Source: Marsupella aquatica
Taxonomy: Eukaryota > Plantae > Marchantiophyta
Length of the DNA stretch: 64,000 bases
Direction: 5' to 3'
Assembly (NCBI GenBank): GCA_973895155.1
Contig: OZ316895.1
Span: forward strand, 19,730,803 to 19,794,802
Shown: positions 1-12,698 of the stretch, piece by piece
How positions within the stretch are numbered: position 1 is the stretch's first letter
How the letters are laid out: every line of letters begins with the position of its first letter
Notes under the pieces: generated by a model
What the model was told of the DNA's origin: nothing
The model's database searches: none
The model's input: the letters and a program-made list of their open reading frames with translations, nothing else
Made by a program: the position numbers and the translations under genes

Positions 1-1320
1 TGAACCCAAATTAAAGCATACTTAGAATTGTTTGCGTGCAAGCTCTTTCTTTCTACATATCTCTACTTTCAAGGAACCTTGGGTAAGAGGCCTAGTTAGT
101 GTAACTTACTACAGGTGACACTTTATCTAATGGAAAATTTGTTTGATACTCACACAAGTCTTCTTGCAGAAAGGGCATGCTGTGTAAGCCGACTTACTTA
201 ATGTTCGGGAAGTTGGACGTGAGTTTTCAAGTTACCTAGAGAAGTGAAGCTCCGGATAAGTTAAACATCACTTCTACATACAGGTTTGCTGTCTCCTGAC
301 ATCAAGTTCTTCCTGCTTTTTGTGTGGTCCCTAACATGATTATTGAACGCTAAACTCCTTGCTATTTTCTAATATAATTTGGTTTTTTAATTTGGCATTT
401 ACTTTGTTGCGGTCCTTTTAAGACGGTTTAGTTTGCTTCGAATCCGGACCAATTCCAAATCATAGCCATGTCTGAATTGTGTTTTGTCATTACAATTTTG
501 AATTGCAACAAAGATCCTCACTTCGTAAACAACATGAAATTAGATTGACACCTGAAATAAACTTAAATGAGTCACAATTTTATGTGAGATGTATTTTATA
601 GGCTAAGCTATCTTACTAATAATTTGCAAAGCTACTTAAGGCCTATGGTCTAGAGTTGGCAACTCCCAATAAAGACAAAACTGATAATGAGTCTTTAATA
701 ATCACACAACTTAAAAAATGAAGATAAACAAAAAAAACAGTATGGGGCAGGGTGGACAAAGAACTAGATGGGCAAAGATGAACCCAAATTAAAGCATACT
801 TAGAATTGTTTCCGTGCAAGCTTTTTCTTTCTTCATATCTCTAGTTTCAAAGAGTCTTGGATAAGAGGCCTAGTTAGTGTAACTTATAGAGGTGGACACT
901 TTATCTAATGGAAAGTTTGTTTGGTACTCACACAAGTCTTCTTGCAGAAAGGGCATGGTGTGTCGGCCGACTTACTTAATGGTGTTCGGGAAGTTGGACG
1001 TGAGTTTTCAAGTTACCTAGAGAAGAGAAGCTCCGAATAAGTTAAACAGCACTTCTACATACAGGTTTGCTGTCTCCTGACTTCAAGTTCTTCCTGCTTT
1101 TTGTGTGGTCCCTAACATGATTCTTGAACCCTAAAATCCTTGCTATTTTCTAATATAACTTTTCGCTATTTAATTTGGCATTTACTCTGTTGCGGTCCTT
1201 TAAGACGGTTTAGTGTGCTTCAAATCCGGACCAACTCCAAATCATAGCCATGTTTGAATTGCTTTTAGTCATTACAATTTTGAATTGCAACAAAGATCCT
1301 CACTTTGTAAAGAACATGAA
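1..1320. repeat. Tandem duplication, ~778 bp unit (second copy truncated at ~1320)
   Basis: TGAACCCAAATTAAAGCATACTTAGAATTG occurs at 1 and 779. The copies are collinear through ...ACAAAGATCCTCAC...AACATGAA (~540 vs ~1320). Confidence 0.9.
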
Positions 1321-1609
1321 GAATTTTTTTTTAATATATACATATATATATATATACAAATATATCTTTATATTGACTGAGTATTAAACCTATATAATTC
1401 ATTAGATCACTAGCGTCCTCCACCAGCATAGTGTCCAAACGCAAGACTTGATCCCGGTTGGGATCATTGTCTTGGACAAATTTCTTGATTCGGCTAACAT
1501 GGTAGCTTTTGCCCACGCCCATTTACTTGTGGGTTTACGTGGGTGTCTCCAACACCACCTAAACCGTATTATCTTTGTGGGCCTATCGTGTGAATGATGC
1601 GATAGGGTT

Positions 1610-2560
1610 TCGCATACCTAGGAGAACTATACCTTGATTGGTAATTATTATGTTAGTATTGCTCTAACCGAACCCTAGAGCGGCACGCTTAGAGATGTGT
1701 AACGTAAATGAGCTTTAGGGGTGATACCCAAAACTGGGAGAACTATGCCTTGACTTGGTACAAGTCTTGGAAGAAGTTGCAAGAGGACTCCTTGCCGTTA
1801 ACTTGGGAAAACCTAGTTGAGGGTCTTCGTGCTCATGTCACCACTAAGTACCTAGAGCGGCACGCTTAATAGAAATGTGTAACGTAAATGAGCTTTAGGG
1901 GTGATACCCAAAACTGGGAGGACTATGCCTTGACTTGACTGTACAAGTCTTGGAAGAAGTCGCAAGAGGACTCCTCCTTGCCGTTAACTTGGGAAAACCT
2001 AGTTGAGGGTCTTCGTGCTCATGTCACCACTAAGTACCTAGAGAGGCACGCTTAGAGATGTGTAACGTAAATGAGCTTTAGGGGTGATATCCAAATGATA
2101 ATCACTTATTATCAAAACCAGTTGGTGTGTATCCCGACGGGGCAAGAGACACTACATACACAACTGCACAACTTTATAGTGATTCACGTGTGGCGCCATG
2201 GGTCATCAAAGTAAGGATTGTTCCACCAAAGGTGGCAAGCCCAGCGGAGATAGGAGGGCAGAAGGGCATTAAGTAATGCTCTAACCAAAATACCTAGGAG
2301 AACTATGCCTTGACTTGGTACAAGTCTTGGTAAATGAGCTTTAGGGGTGATATCCAAAATCTCATCACTTATTATCAAACCAGTTGGTGTGTATCCTGAC
2401 AGGGCAAGAGACCCTACATACACAACTGCACAACTTTATAGTGATTCACGTGTGGCGCCATGGGTCATCATTGAAGTAAGGATTGTGCCACCAAAGGTGG
2501 CAAGCCGAGCGGAGATGGAGGACAAAAGGGCAATAATGTAAGTATTGCTCTGACCGAACC
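1610..2560. repeat. Tandem repeat array (~180 bp and ~260 bp units) upstream of the Rep/helicase ORF
   Basis: CCTAGAGCGGCACGCTTA...GTAAATGAGCTTTAGGGGTGATA recurs at ~1674, ~1851 and ~2037. ATCACTTATTATCAAA...GTGGCAAGCC recurs at ~2101 and ~2364. Confidence 0.85.
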
Positions 2561-2982
2561 CTTAGTAGTTGATGAGGTCCCTGTAGGGGATATGCCTGTC
2601 GAAGAGAAGGTGTTGTTGTGAGAGAAATTACGTAAGGTTATGACTATAAATCCTAACAAGCCAATTTTTGTGAATGTCACAAGTTCTAACGATAATCTGG
2701 GTGTTGCGTTGGTGGATACAGGCGCGGCCGCCTGCTTCATGAGTGGCATCACCTTCGAGTAGTGTTTATGGCATGACCTTTGAGTAGTGTTTATGGCATG
2801 ACTTTTGGGTAGTGTTTGGCGCTCTGCTAACTTGGGTTGGAGCCAAGCAACCAACTCTTCTTGGTAACTACGAGATCGTGATAAGCAAGACTCGTTTCTG
2901 AAATTTCATTGAGCGAATTTTGGATGGACCCTAGCTAAGAAAACTGACGAGTCCATAATCCTTTGCATAGGTCTCCCCAAAA

Positions 2983-5900
2983 ATGTCACGGCGTACAATG
3001 TCCGAGAAGAGACATGTCGCACGAAGGGGTGCAATAAACACCTGTGCCGAGTCACTAAGTCTGTTATGTCAAGGATGGGCCTCAGCCCCATTGTATCTCC
3101 AAGAATGGAGAGAAGTCTGCCAAAAGACAATCCAAGGCATGAAGGTGTGCGGGATGTGCGGACTAGTTCGATACGGAAACACTCCGAGGATCGACAAGAC
3201 ATTCACCACCGTACCAAAGGTGAACATGACGCCGTACGGCATATGCAACGCATTTGTCAACCAGTACATTGAGAACCAAGATGGAACAATCAACGTGTGC
3301 ATGACTTGCGTGCGAAACCCCGCCCGTATCCAGATAAACTCCTTCATATCTCCGCAATATGCGATCGACATCCTAGCCGCGAAGCCGTTGTACATGCAAT
3401 TGCTCTCGCTAATCGACTGTCGACTAGGCATCATACAAAAGTACAATGGCTTCCACTCTGGCTTCTACAAAAAGGAAAGCCTCCTTGACAACCCGCTCAT
3501 ATCCTGGAATCTCGACACGCTAGAGTGCAATAATCGAGAGGAGATCATGCGACAGATATACAAAGTCATGGAACTCAATTTGACGACCAACCAACTTTTC
3601 AAAAGATACGTTTCATTGGTCGAACTACCAGACCCGTCACTGGGACTGTGCATCCTAAGTTCCGACGGAGTAGAGAACATCATCAAAGACAAGAGGGCAA
3701 AGGGAATAACCATGAGATCCATGAACTTTGACCCATTCGACCCCGACCTGCACATCCTCCAAGATGTGCATTACCGGATCCCGACTTCACACAAGCGCAA
3801 GTACCAGGTCTTTCGTTCCGGCACCGTGTACGACCGCAAGAGAATGTGCTCTGAAGAGAGCGTCAACACCGATGCGGAAGGACTGTCAAACAATCCACAA
3901 TTGACATTGGAAAATGCAATGTTCCCGTTCTTGTTCGTCCACTCGAGGGGTTTCCATCGAGGACAACTCAACTTGATCGACTACATGAAACGAAGGACAC
4001 AACAGTTGTTCAGCATATTCACTTTGTACAAGCCGTACATGCTTATCATGTACCAATTGCGACAGGCCAGCCAAGTAGCAAGCATGAGCAGGATGATAGT
4101 AATCGACAAGGAATACATGCAGATCAAGGAGAGGTGCCCCCACTTTAGCGAGAAGGAAATATACAAAATGCTGATAAAAAAGACAATCACGCAGGCCGTT
4201 CCTGGGAGCCCGGCGTGGCACGGAAGACACCTCGACGACCTCAAGTGCATGGTGAGAAAATGGGGACTGCCCCACTTCTTCCTCACGCTCACTTGTGACG
4301 AGATCAGCGACATCCGTTGGCCTGAGATCGCCGACCTCGAGAACATTGTGAAGAGGATGAATCCGACCTTCTCATGGAAAGATTGTCCTGTCGAATGCGC
4401 CGTGCTCTTCCACGAACGAATCCAACGTTTTTTCAAGGATTACATTTTATCGAAACGCGCCATAATTGGAAATGTGATCCACTACGTCATCAGGTATGAG
4501 TTGCAGGGCCGCGGATCACTCCATGCCCACACGGTACTATGGGTCAAGGATTGCGACGTCGATCGAGTCACAAACGAAATTGCCGCATTCATCCCTGACA
4601 GATTTGACTTGACATCCGGCAGATTCAAAGAGCCGAATGGACTTGAAGAAAAGACCCTGTATCGCAACGTGGTGACGAAACAACTTCACTACTACAAGGA
4701 GGGCTTGTGCTTGCAAAGGCATTCCCAAACCGGCCTCAAGTACTGCAAGTTGGGTTTCCCCCAAGAAACTCACCTCGACAAAGATGCAGCCATCGACCCC
4801 GCCACGGGGAAATGGAGGTACCACAGGCCAAGTGACCACCACCGAAACATCGTGCCATACCACCCGCTCGTGTTGCTGTTGTGGGGCGCGCACATGAACC
4901 TGTAGCGCGTCACAAACGCGGCTTGGTCATTCTATTTGCTCAAGTACGCAATCAAATGCGAGCCCCTAGGATCACTCCAGCTGAATGCGAACGATGCGCG
5001 CACTCTAGGACTCGAGGACCTGTCTGAAGTCCAACTCAAGCTTGTCAGCGGAGCCATCCTGTCTCGGAGCGTGTGCGCCACGGAGGCGGCCTTGATGTGC
5101 CTCAAAATCAGCATCATCCATCGCTCGAAGACTATGGCGTTCATGGACTCGTCGCCTCCGGAACTGAGGTCCGCCATCTACCGTAAGTCCTCGGGGATAT
5201 GTTTACATCCCACCAGACTCTACGCACAGAGGCCCGAGGACATGTTTGCAATGTCCTTCTACGACTACTTCATCAACCACGAGGTCCTCACCAATAAGAA
5301 AAGCACCACCAAAGACTACGTCGGCAGGGATTTGCAAGGCAATTTCGTGTATCGGACGGATCGGCTCGTGCAATTTTTGGAGTATCATCCAGTATACAAG
5401 ATGAATGGCTTCTTCTACAACTACCTCCTGAAGGTCGTGAGATTCCGTGCAGAAGGCGAGATTCTCCTCAGGCCCATAAGCGAGATGTGGAGCTACTTGC
5501 ACGAGTGCATACACCGCAAGTTGATAACCAGCGTCGACGACGTGCACAAGTTGGTGCTTGAATATTGCGCATCGCACCTCTACTCCACCCACCACACATC
5601 CCACCTGCTCCAGGAGCTGAACGAAAAGCTTCCCCACCAAATTTTCAACGACGCGGCCACATTCCAAGCGGTCCCCACCGTCGCCGTAGAGAAACCGATC
5701 GGTGCGGTGCTCAACGACAAAACTCTCCCTACCGTCAACTTGACTCTGGACCAAATTAGAGTGTTTGAGGCACTCAAGGATGTCAAGAGCGGTCTGTTCA
5801 TGATCGATGGAAATCCGGGATCCGGCAAGACTTTCTTCATCTCTTTCATGAACAAATACTGGACATATAAAGGGAGGAAGGTGAAGATGTGTGCCACCAT

Positions 5901-7107
5901 GGGCGCGGCTGCCATAAACCTTAACGCCGACGCGGTGACAATGCATTCCTTGTTCAGCATTCCAATACACGGAGAGCTCAGGCCTCTGCACATCACCAGT
6001 TCCCAATACCACACCTTGAGGAACAATGACGTGTTCGTCATAGACGAGGCGAGCATGCTGACACCCAAACTGTTGCGTTGCGTCTCCACAAGACTACACG
6101 AGACACTCCAAGACGAAGACCGCTCGTCCGACCCGTTCCAAAATAAGATGGTCATCCTGGTCGGAGACATGTGCCAATTGCCTCCGGTTTGCACCCACCA
6201 CTCCAACGACATATGCAGGTCATGCCACCTCTCGTCGTCGCCATATTTTGAGACCATGCGGAAATTTCACCTCAGCACTGTGCTCAGACAGAGCACAGAC
6301 CAGGAGTTCATGGAGTTCCTTAACAACATCCGCACAGGCCTCCCTACCCAAGAATCGATCGATGAGTGCCTGGGACGATGTTACGTGTCCAAAAAAGAAG
6401 CCCATGATTTCATCGACGCCTCGACGACCGTGATATGCACACATAGGGAAACAGTCGACAACTACAACGAACGGGCATTACGGAGATTTTTTCCACGCCA
6501 AGAGATCGTGCCCGTCCCAATACTCACCAATGCCCCTTCAGACGAATCCACCTGGCCTTGGATACAAGATCCCTCCTTCCACACACTGACGAACATTGCA
6601 ATCGGATGCAAGGTGATTCTCACACACAACATCAACCTCTCTAAGCAAGCCACGAACGGCAACGGAGGAATCGTGGAGAAAATCACTACAGAAGCCAAAG
6701 GCAAAATGTCAATTTTTGTGAGAATGTCTTCCAACCACTGCCTCGTAAAGATCAACCGCACGGTTCACGAGAACAAGTTCATCTCGGGACAGCAAACCCA
6801 TCGGAAATCCACTTTCCCTCTCATGCTCGGATACGCCATAACAGGTCACAAGAGCCAAGGTTGCCCACTAGCGGGCAAGGTAGTGCTAGAAATAAACAAT
6901 GCATTCACACCGGGACTGGTGTACGTTATGTTGAGTAGGGTCACAAATAGAGCATCCATGCGCATTGTTGGAGATCTTACGCCGCCGGACTTCAAAGTGT
7001 TCCACTTACCAATTCGTCGTGTTCAACAAGCAGATGTCGACCACCAAAGGCAACAAGGCAGCGAAGGCATCACAACAACAACGAGAAACGATGGCAGGCG
7101 CAAATAG
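2983..7107 (+). pseudogene. Helitron Rep (HUH endonuclease)-PIF1 helicase, ~1374 codons, one internal stop
   Basis: ORFs 2983..4905 and 4936..7107 share a frame and are separated only by TAG at 4903-4905 (HMNL*RVTNAAWSFYLLKYAIK). Rep motifs: FLTLTC, YELQGRGSLHAH, YLLKY. PIF1 motifs: GNPGSGKT, IDEASM, GDMCQLPPV, TGHKSQG, YVMLSRVT. Confidence 0.93.
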
Positions 7108-7903
7108 CAATCCGACGAGCGCTACTCCTACAACAGTTCAGGTAAACAGTGTCCACTTCATACTTCACATTGTTGATGCAAGCGATATATAATGAAATGA
7201 TGATACAAAAGTTGCAAGATTCATTAACATTGACGGGCACTATTGTTCTAACACATTGTTCACGTCTTTCCTGTGCAGCCCATGACAGCCATGGAGATGG
7301 CAAGGATGATCATGAGAGAGCTGCCGTCGGATGACTTCCGGACTGACGAGGAGGTAACGGCTAAACAAATTGCTTTCGGCAACGGTCTCAGAATCGAGAC
7401 AACTGAGATGGTGAACGGGATCAAGAGGAGAGATCTGTCGAAGATGATCGAGGAGAGGAAAGTGTTCAAGGCCGACTTCTACGATCATTACGGAGATAAA
7501 CCGGCGACCGGTAAGCACAAAGAGAAAACCCCCAATAAAAAATGAATTCAACCATCTCATGCACACATTAAGCACTAACTCCGTGTTGAAAACAAATGCA
7601 GGTGTCATGAAGGAGATTCTTAGGTACATGGCAGTTCCGTTCGAGGAAGACCAGCTCACTTACAAGGACGGGATGTGTGAGTACATCCAGGTCACAAAGG
7701 GAGCTCGTCTAGAGCAACTGACTAGACTGAGGCATGATTTCAAGATGCCACTTGATATGTTGGTAGGGCTGACACATCAGCAATCCCAGTCCCTGATCGA
7801 CAGGCTGAGAAGGAGCAGCGACCAGGGGCTGCTATCTGACGTCCCTGCCCAAACAACAACGGAACAACCCACCACATCCAAGCGGAAATTCAACGCGATG
7901 TGA
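7034..7903 (+). CDS. Predicted 3-exon, 213-aa protein of unknown function (exons 7034-7141, 7279-7510, 7602-7903)
   Basis: Intron 1 is CAG|GTAAAC...CTGTGCAG (phase 0). Intron 2 is G|GTAAGC...CACTAAC...ATGCAG (phase 1). Splicing joins three separate ORF-track fragments in frame with no stop. Confidence 0.72.
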
Positions 7904-8874
7904 CAGTTGTTTCCGTGATGTAGTACAAGTTTCATTTTTCAGAACAATGTGGTGTATCATGCAAAAACAAATTATGACGAGTCCCAATAAAAATAGTCAT
8001 TGCCGGAAACATATTTATCTATATCAAAAATAACTATCTACTTTTTAACACATTTTTTATCTGTATCAATAACTATCCAATTTTCAATCTCAAAAGAATA
8101 AAAACAGGTAGGGGTCCACGAACTAATTTATATCTTCTTTGAGTGACCATTTGGTAGGATTGACTGTGTATAGCCGTCACTAATAAGTCATCACACATTC
8201 ACCACTGAATAAATTCAACTATTGGAAGTTCTGTGTACTGTACATTGAAATCAAAATCAAGCAAGATTCTTCATGTATGGCCTAAGCTTGTTCCATGAGA
8301 CACTATTCTGTACAGTCTCCCTAAATTGACTTTCTGTGAACTATTCCATATAGCTTTTTGTATATAGTAATGTCTTGTTTACAGAGCATTGTAGGATAGA
8401 ATGCCCCTAAGAAATAGAACTTTAGCTAGTTTTGAGAGGCTAGCCCATGATGTGTTAGAAACACTCAGTACACTTGTAAGCCATGAGAAACGTTTTGACC
8501 TTTTACTAATTTTGGTAAAAGTATATTAAGAGAATTCATCTTCCTGCAGAGGTGATTCAAATCTTGATGGGGCATTCTTCTCAAGGAGTGCACTGATAAA
8601 TACAAAGGGAAAAATTAGGAAGGACATTAAATGGGGGCAAAAGACTAGTCTACCATAACACCTCAGCTCATGTCATGAACATTACTCATAATTTTACAAA
8701 AAAATTGTATTTACCTGAGGCTAATTAACAATGCGGAACTATGATTCTCAATTACAAAGAGACTTAGTCTCTTACTTTATCCATTTAGGCTTCTGCAATA
8801 TATTTCTCACAGTGTAGGAATTGCAATTCACACCGTGTAGGAATGTCTACAGTCAAATTTTGCCAGTTGGGTTA

Positions 8875-9108
8875 TTTACCTGGAGAGTGTGGAGTCCCCA
8901 TAATTACACATCCAAAACTGGTAGTGGATTACACTCAGATTTGTGATTGAAATGAAATATTTATGTCAATCACTAGCTCAAACCCATGCGTTTACCTGGA
9001 GAGTGTGGAGTCCCCATAATTACACATCAAAAACTGGTAGTGGATTACACTCAATGATTTGTGATTGAAAGGAAATAATTATGTCAATCACTAGCTCAAT
9101 ACCCCTGC
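8875..9108. repeat. 116 bp tandem duplication, followed by degenerate AAAGATGT-rich low-complexity DNA to ~9540
   Basis: TTTACCTGGAGAGTGTGGAGTCCCCATAATTACACATC occurs at 8875 and 8991. Confidence 0.85.
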
Positions 9109-9765
9109 TTTTCACAAAAGATGTAGGTAAGGAAAAAGAAGTTGTGTTACCAAAAATGTCATTATGTAAAAGATGTTGTGAAATAAAAAAATATTGTGAA
9201 GAAAAAAAAAGTCATGTCACTAAAGATGTAGTGAAGTAAAAAGATATCATTCAAAAAGAAAAAGTCGTGTCGCCCAAAGATGTCAATGTGTAAAGGATGT
9301 CATCAAATTAAAAAATGTCATGGAATAAAAGATATCGGTATGTCAAAGATATTGTCATGTAAAAATAAATCATGTCCCAAAGATGTTATGGTCTATGCAT
9401 AATGGATGCTCTTATACTAAAGATTATACTAAAAATATTATGATGCAAATTATATCATTGAGTAAAAGATTTTTTTGTTAAGAATATCTCATTGTGCAAA
9501 AAATGTTATCAAATGAAAGATGTCATGCCTCAAAAAACTTGCGATAGCAACCACAAAGTACCTTTTATCTTTATATTTTTCATTTTCTTAATTCCATTTA
9601 CACCTTAAATTGCCAAAATCGTTCTTGCACCATTTGCTGGGTTTGGTTTAGAAGTCAATGGATTCCATAAAATGATTACAAAGTTTTCTTTCTTTTAAAC
9701 TAAAATTGTATACACATGCTTTAGACCTACAGCAGCGGCAACTGACTATAACCTTCTCCGTGCAG

Positions 9766-9954
9766 ATATGGCGGAAGGCTTTTATGACAAGTTAAAGGAT
9801 CTCCAGGGAAGGAACAACACCTACTATATTGGAGGCCTGCTAGCTTTCGAATTCACCGAGCGCAAATGCGGCATTTGCTCTAAACCTGGTCCGCGGCTGC
9901 TTCGCACCGATTGGAGATCATTCAGAAAAGGTGTCTTCGGCGCCATCTTCACAG
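9766..9954 (+). other. Exon encoding the C-terminal end of an FAD-dependent oxidoreductase (amine-oxidase fold / linoleate-isomerase-like) domain
   Basis: Acceptor CCGTGCAG|9766; translation DMAEGFYDKLKDLQGRNNTYYIGGLLAFEFTER(fs)NAAFALNLVRGCF; donor CAG|GTACGA at 9955. Confidence 0.7.
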
Positions 9955-10992
9955 GTACGAAATGATCATCCTAACGCGACAATAATTAGTTCACGATCAA
10001 TGTCAGGAAAGTACATTTGATTTTATTCTTATCTCGACTTGTCCCGAATTGGGCCATGACACTGGCAATCGGGTCATATGTGGGTTTTTCTGTCAACGGT
10101 AGACCCTTAAACGATGTCTTATATATGGTACTCAAGAATTCATAACGTGATTGTCATCTACAAGCCTTCCGGCGTTTCTGCTTTGTCCGTGGGTTTGCCC
10201 GTAGTTGCAACATAAGTGTCGATCGTTTGCTACGACTATGCACGTTCCCCTTCTGGTCGCCAATAGGGTCACTGCAGTAGGACTTACTAAAGCTTTTAAG
10301 GAATAATTTCAAGTGAGACCCCCGGTGAGACCAACTCACCAACGTCTCCACCAATTGTAGTGAGTGCGCATTTAGCAGTGAATTGATTTCCACTTCTCTC
10401 TCATGGAACTGAATCAACTTGAAAAAGGAAGCTAGGCAGAATTTTGTTTATTCACATCATGTGGCCCTCCTCTTATATGATGAATTGCCCAAACGAGGAA
10501 GGATCACATGTCGTTCGAGCTTCTACAGTGCACGCTCTCCCGTTCAGATGGAAATTGAAATACTTCTCAAATTGGAAGCCTGTTGAGATGACAACTTATA
10601 CCATACGAAGATGTAAAGAAACTTTTAACTTTGAACAATCCTGAATCAAAGATAAGTACATGCATGGAGAACTCGGGTTAAATCCAAGCATATAGATCTG
10701 AAGAGGATATTTCGTGCCAAACGGATGCGCTGTTAGATGCCATATCAAGAGCCTTCACATGTGTCAACAAGAGGTTTCCCTGATAAACAAGCAACCGGCC
10801 GATATGATGTGACTCTGCTGCAATCTACGGTAGCACCGGTCAATGCAGTCCCCTAAACTGAAGTCGCCGTAACCGAAAAAAGCTTTGACAAGGATGATTA
10901 GGTGAAAACATAACAGGAATCTGAACAACAACCCACTTTGGAATAATGTGTCAAGACTGTCAAAGCTCAGATGTTCCTTAATTGGTCTGTTC

Positions 10993-11131
10993 ACTTCTGC
11001 CCCACTTGCTCAATAGGATTCAACGGTCGAGACACTGGTCATGTAAGGGTTCAATTAGCAAACTTCTGCCCCACTTGCTCAATAGGGTTCAACGGTCGAG
11101 ACACTGGTCACGTAAAGTGTTTCAATTAGCA
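10993..11131. repeat. 69 bp intronic tandem duplication
   Basis: ACTTCTGCCCCACTTGCTCAATAGG occurs at 10993 and 11062. Confidence 0.85.
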
Positions 11132-12386
11132 AGAAGCTGGAGCGGTGCTTATTGAGATCTTAGAAATAATGTCCTGTCCCAAATCTCTGATTTAAAGTCT
11201 CGTTGTTTCTCGTTGTTTGGATGCAGCATCGTCTGAGGATTCAAACATTGATGCCTGAACAAGCGGACCTGGACGAGCATTTCCGCGCTGCACAGTACGC
11301 CATCAAGGAAACGACCGAAATCTTGGGAGTATCATTCCCGACACTGCCGTCTATTAATGCGTACTTGTCCTTCTACGGTTCGCACAAGGTACTGAAAGAT
11401 CGCAAGGTTTACAAATGGGTGAACGATCAAGGACACGAGTCCGACACTCTAAACTACGCTGAACTGGACTCGCGCACCTCCACCGTTGCTGAGCGGCTTA
11501 TGACAGGAAAAAATGCCTTGAAGCCTGGAGATCGGGTTCTGATGCTGTACCCGCCGGGGCTCGAATTCATTGAAGCATTCTTCGGCTGCTTGCGAGCGCG
11601 CGTAAGTTACATTACCTAGTTCCCCTGCACAAGCTACCCGACAGTGCTTCGATCTAATTGCGACCATCACAGTCATGCTTGGAGGGACCTACCCTAGATC
11701 GATGACACCGCCATGAATGGACATACAGAAGTTTAGGTTCATGGATATGATGTGCTTTGCATGGATTTTAGAATTAAATATTACTACAGTAGAAGTACAC
11801 GAATCCCAGTACGTGTTGCCTTGTATGTCCATTAAATAAATATGGCTACAGTAGTTAAATCTAAGTATGCTCGTGGTGAAAAGCTGTTATCTAGATTTCT
11901 GGAATGTGCACAAGACCCTTACATTTAATTGAACGAAATTCTGACCTTCTTCAAAGTCAGCGCTAATACTATATTGATCTTCACCCTCACGTGGACCAGA
12001 GATTGTCTGTCTTGGGATCAGAATGGCAGAAATGTGTAAGTTTTTGGTCTGAAATGTGTGAAACGGGGGAGAAATTATTGTCTGTAACGTTGTCGACAGG
12101 GTGCAAATAACTGGTTTGTGGATATATTGGTTCTGAGAATTCATGATCGTATCTGCAGGTTTTGCCAGTGCCAGTAATTCCTCCCAATCCCCTGAAACCA
12201 TACGACCAGGCTCTGTTCAAAGTGGCGAGCGTAACCAAGGCATCTGGAGCGAAGGTTATTCTCAGTACGTCATCATATCATAATGTAGTTCGCGCAGCAT
12301 CTTTGCGTACTGCTGTATTAGGCCAAAAGGCTCCTCCGAAAAAGAATGCAGGTCCAGCTGGGCCTCCTCCACAATGGCCCAATACT

Positions 12387-12698
12387 TATGACATGCAATC
12401 TGGTGACACAGAAAAGAATGAACAATCCCTGCCTCAACAAAGAGGGGAAACAATATTATATAGTACCCCGAAAGGGAGGCAGTAAAACAAACCACCACTT
12501 GGCCAGCAAGAAACCAGCGGTGGAACAAGACGTGGAACAAGGCGCTGCAACTGAACGATCATGCTAAGATCAAAACAGGAGTCAGAGCAGGAGAAGGTCC
12601 CGCCAAACTAAACTCTGATGTGATAGCTGTACTAAACAAACTCTGATGTGATAGCAGTCAGCCGATGGAAAAGAACAGGCGTCAAGTGACTCCTGACA
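12387..12698 (-). repeat. 3' LTR (312 bp) of Copia element 1
   Basis: Differs from the 5' LTR by 6 transitions and 1 indel (manual count). Termini read TG...TA on the minus strand. Confidence 0.95.

Larger units (their letters stand above)
1610..8100 (+). mobile_element. Helitron-like rolling-circle element (probably HLE2/Helitron2-Helentron type); termini not resolved
   Basis: It contains the Rep-helicase ORF, a second spliced ORF and 5' tandem repeats. The boundaries are approximate because no convincing terminus was found. Confidence 0.6.

Noticed and set aside
1331-1522. Minus-strand ORF beginning MGVGKS (P-loop-like)
   Set aside because: It is only 63 aa, has stops immediately upstream, runs into a TA microsatellite and shows no further NTPase motifs.
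1610-2560. CRISPR-like array
   Set aside because: The units are long tandem duplications without unique spacers, in a eukaryotic context with no cas genes.
4903-4905. Programmed stop-codon readthrough between Rep and helicase
   Set aside because: The stop falls inside the Rep domain before the catalytic YxxKY, and a CAG>TAG transition explains it more simply.
3066-6761. Numerous antisense/alternate-frame ORFs over the Helitron (likewise over the Copia and FAAL regions)
   Set aside because: These are shadow ORFs of real coding frames with no independent motifs.
8970-9725. Possible minus-strand non-autonomous Helitron (CGCATGGGTTTGAGCTAGT resembles a 3' CTAG end)
   Set aside because: There is no intact hairpin, the motif lies within a tandem duplicate, and the 5' end is not verifiable.
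10150-10990. Possible decayed antisense gene nested in the megasynthase intron
   Set aside because: It shows splice-like signals, but there are stops in all frames and no recognisable domain.
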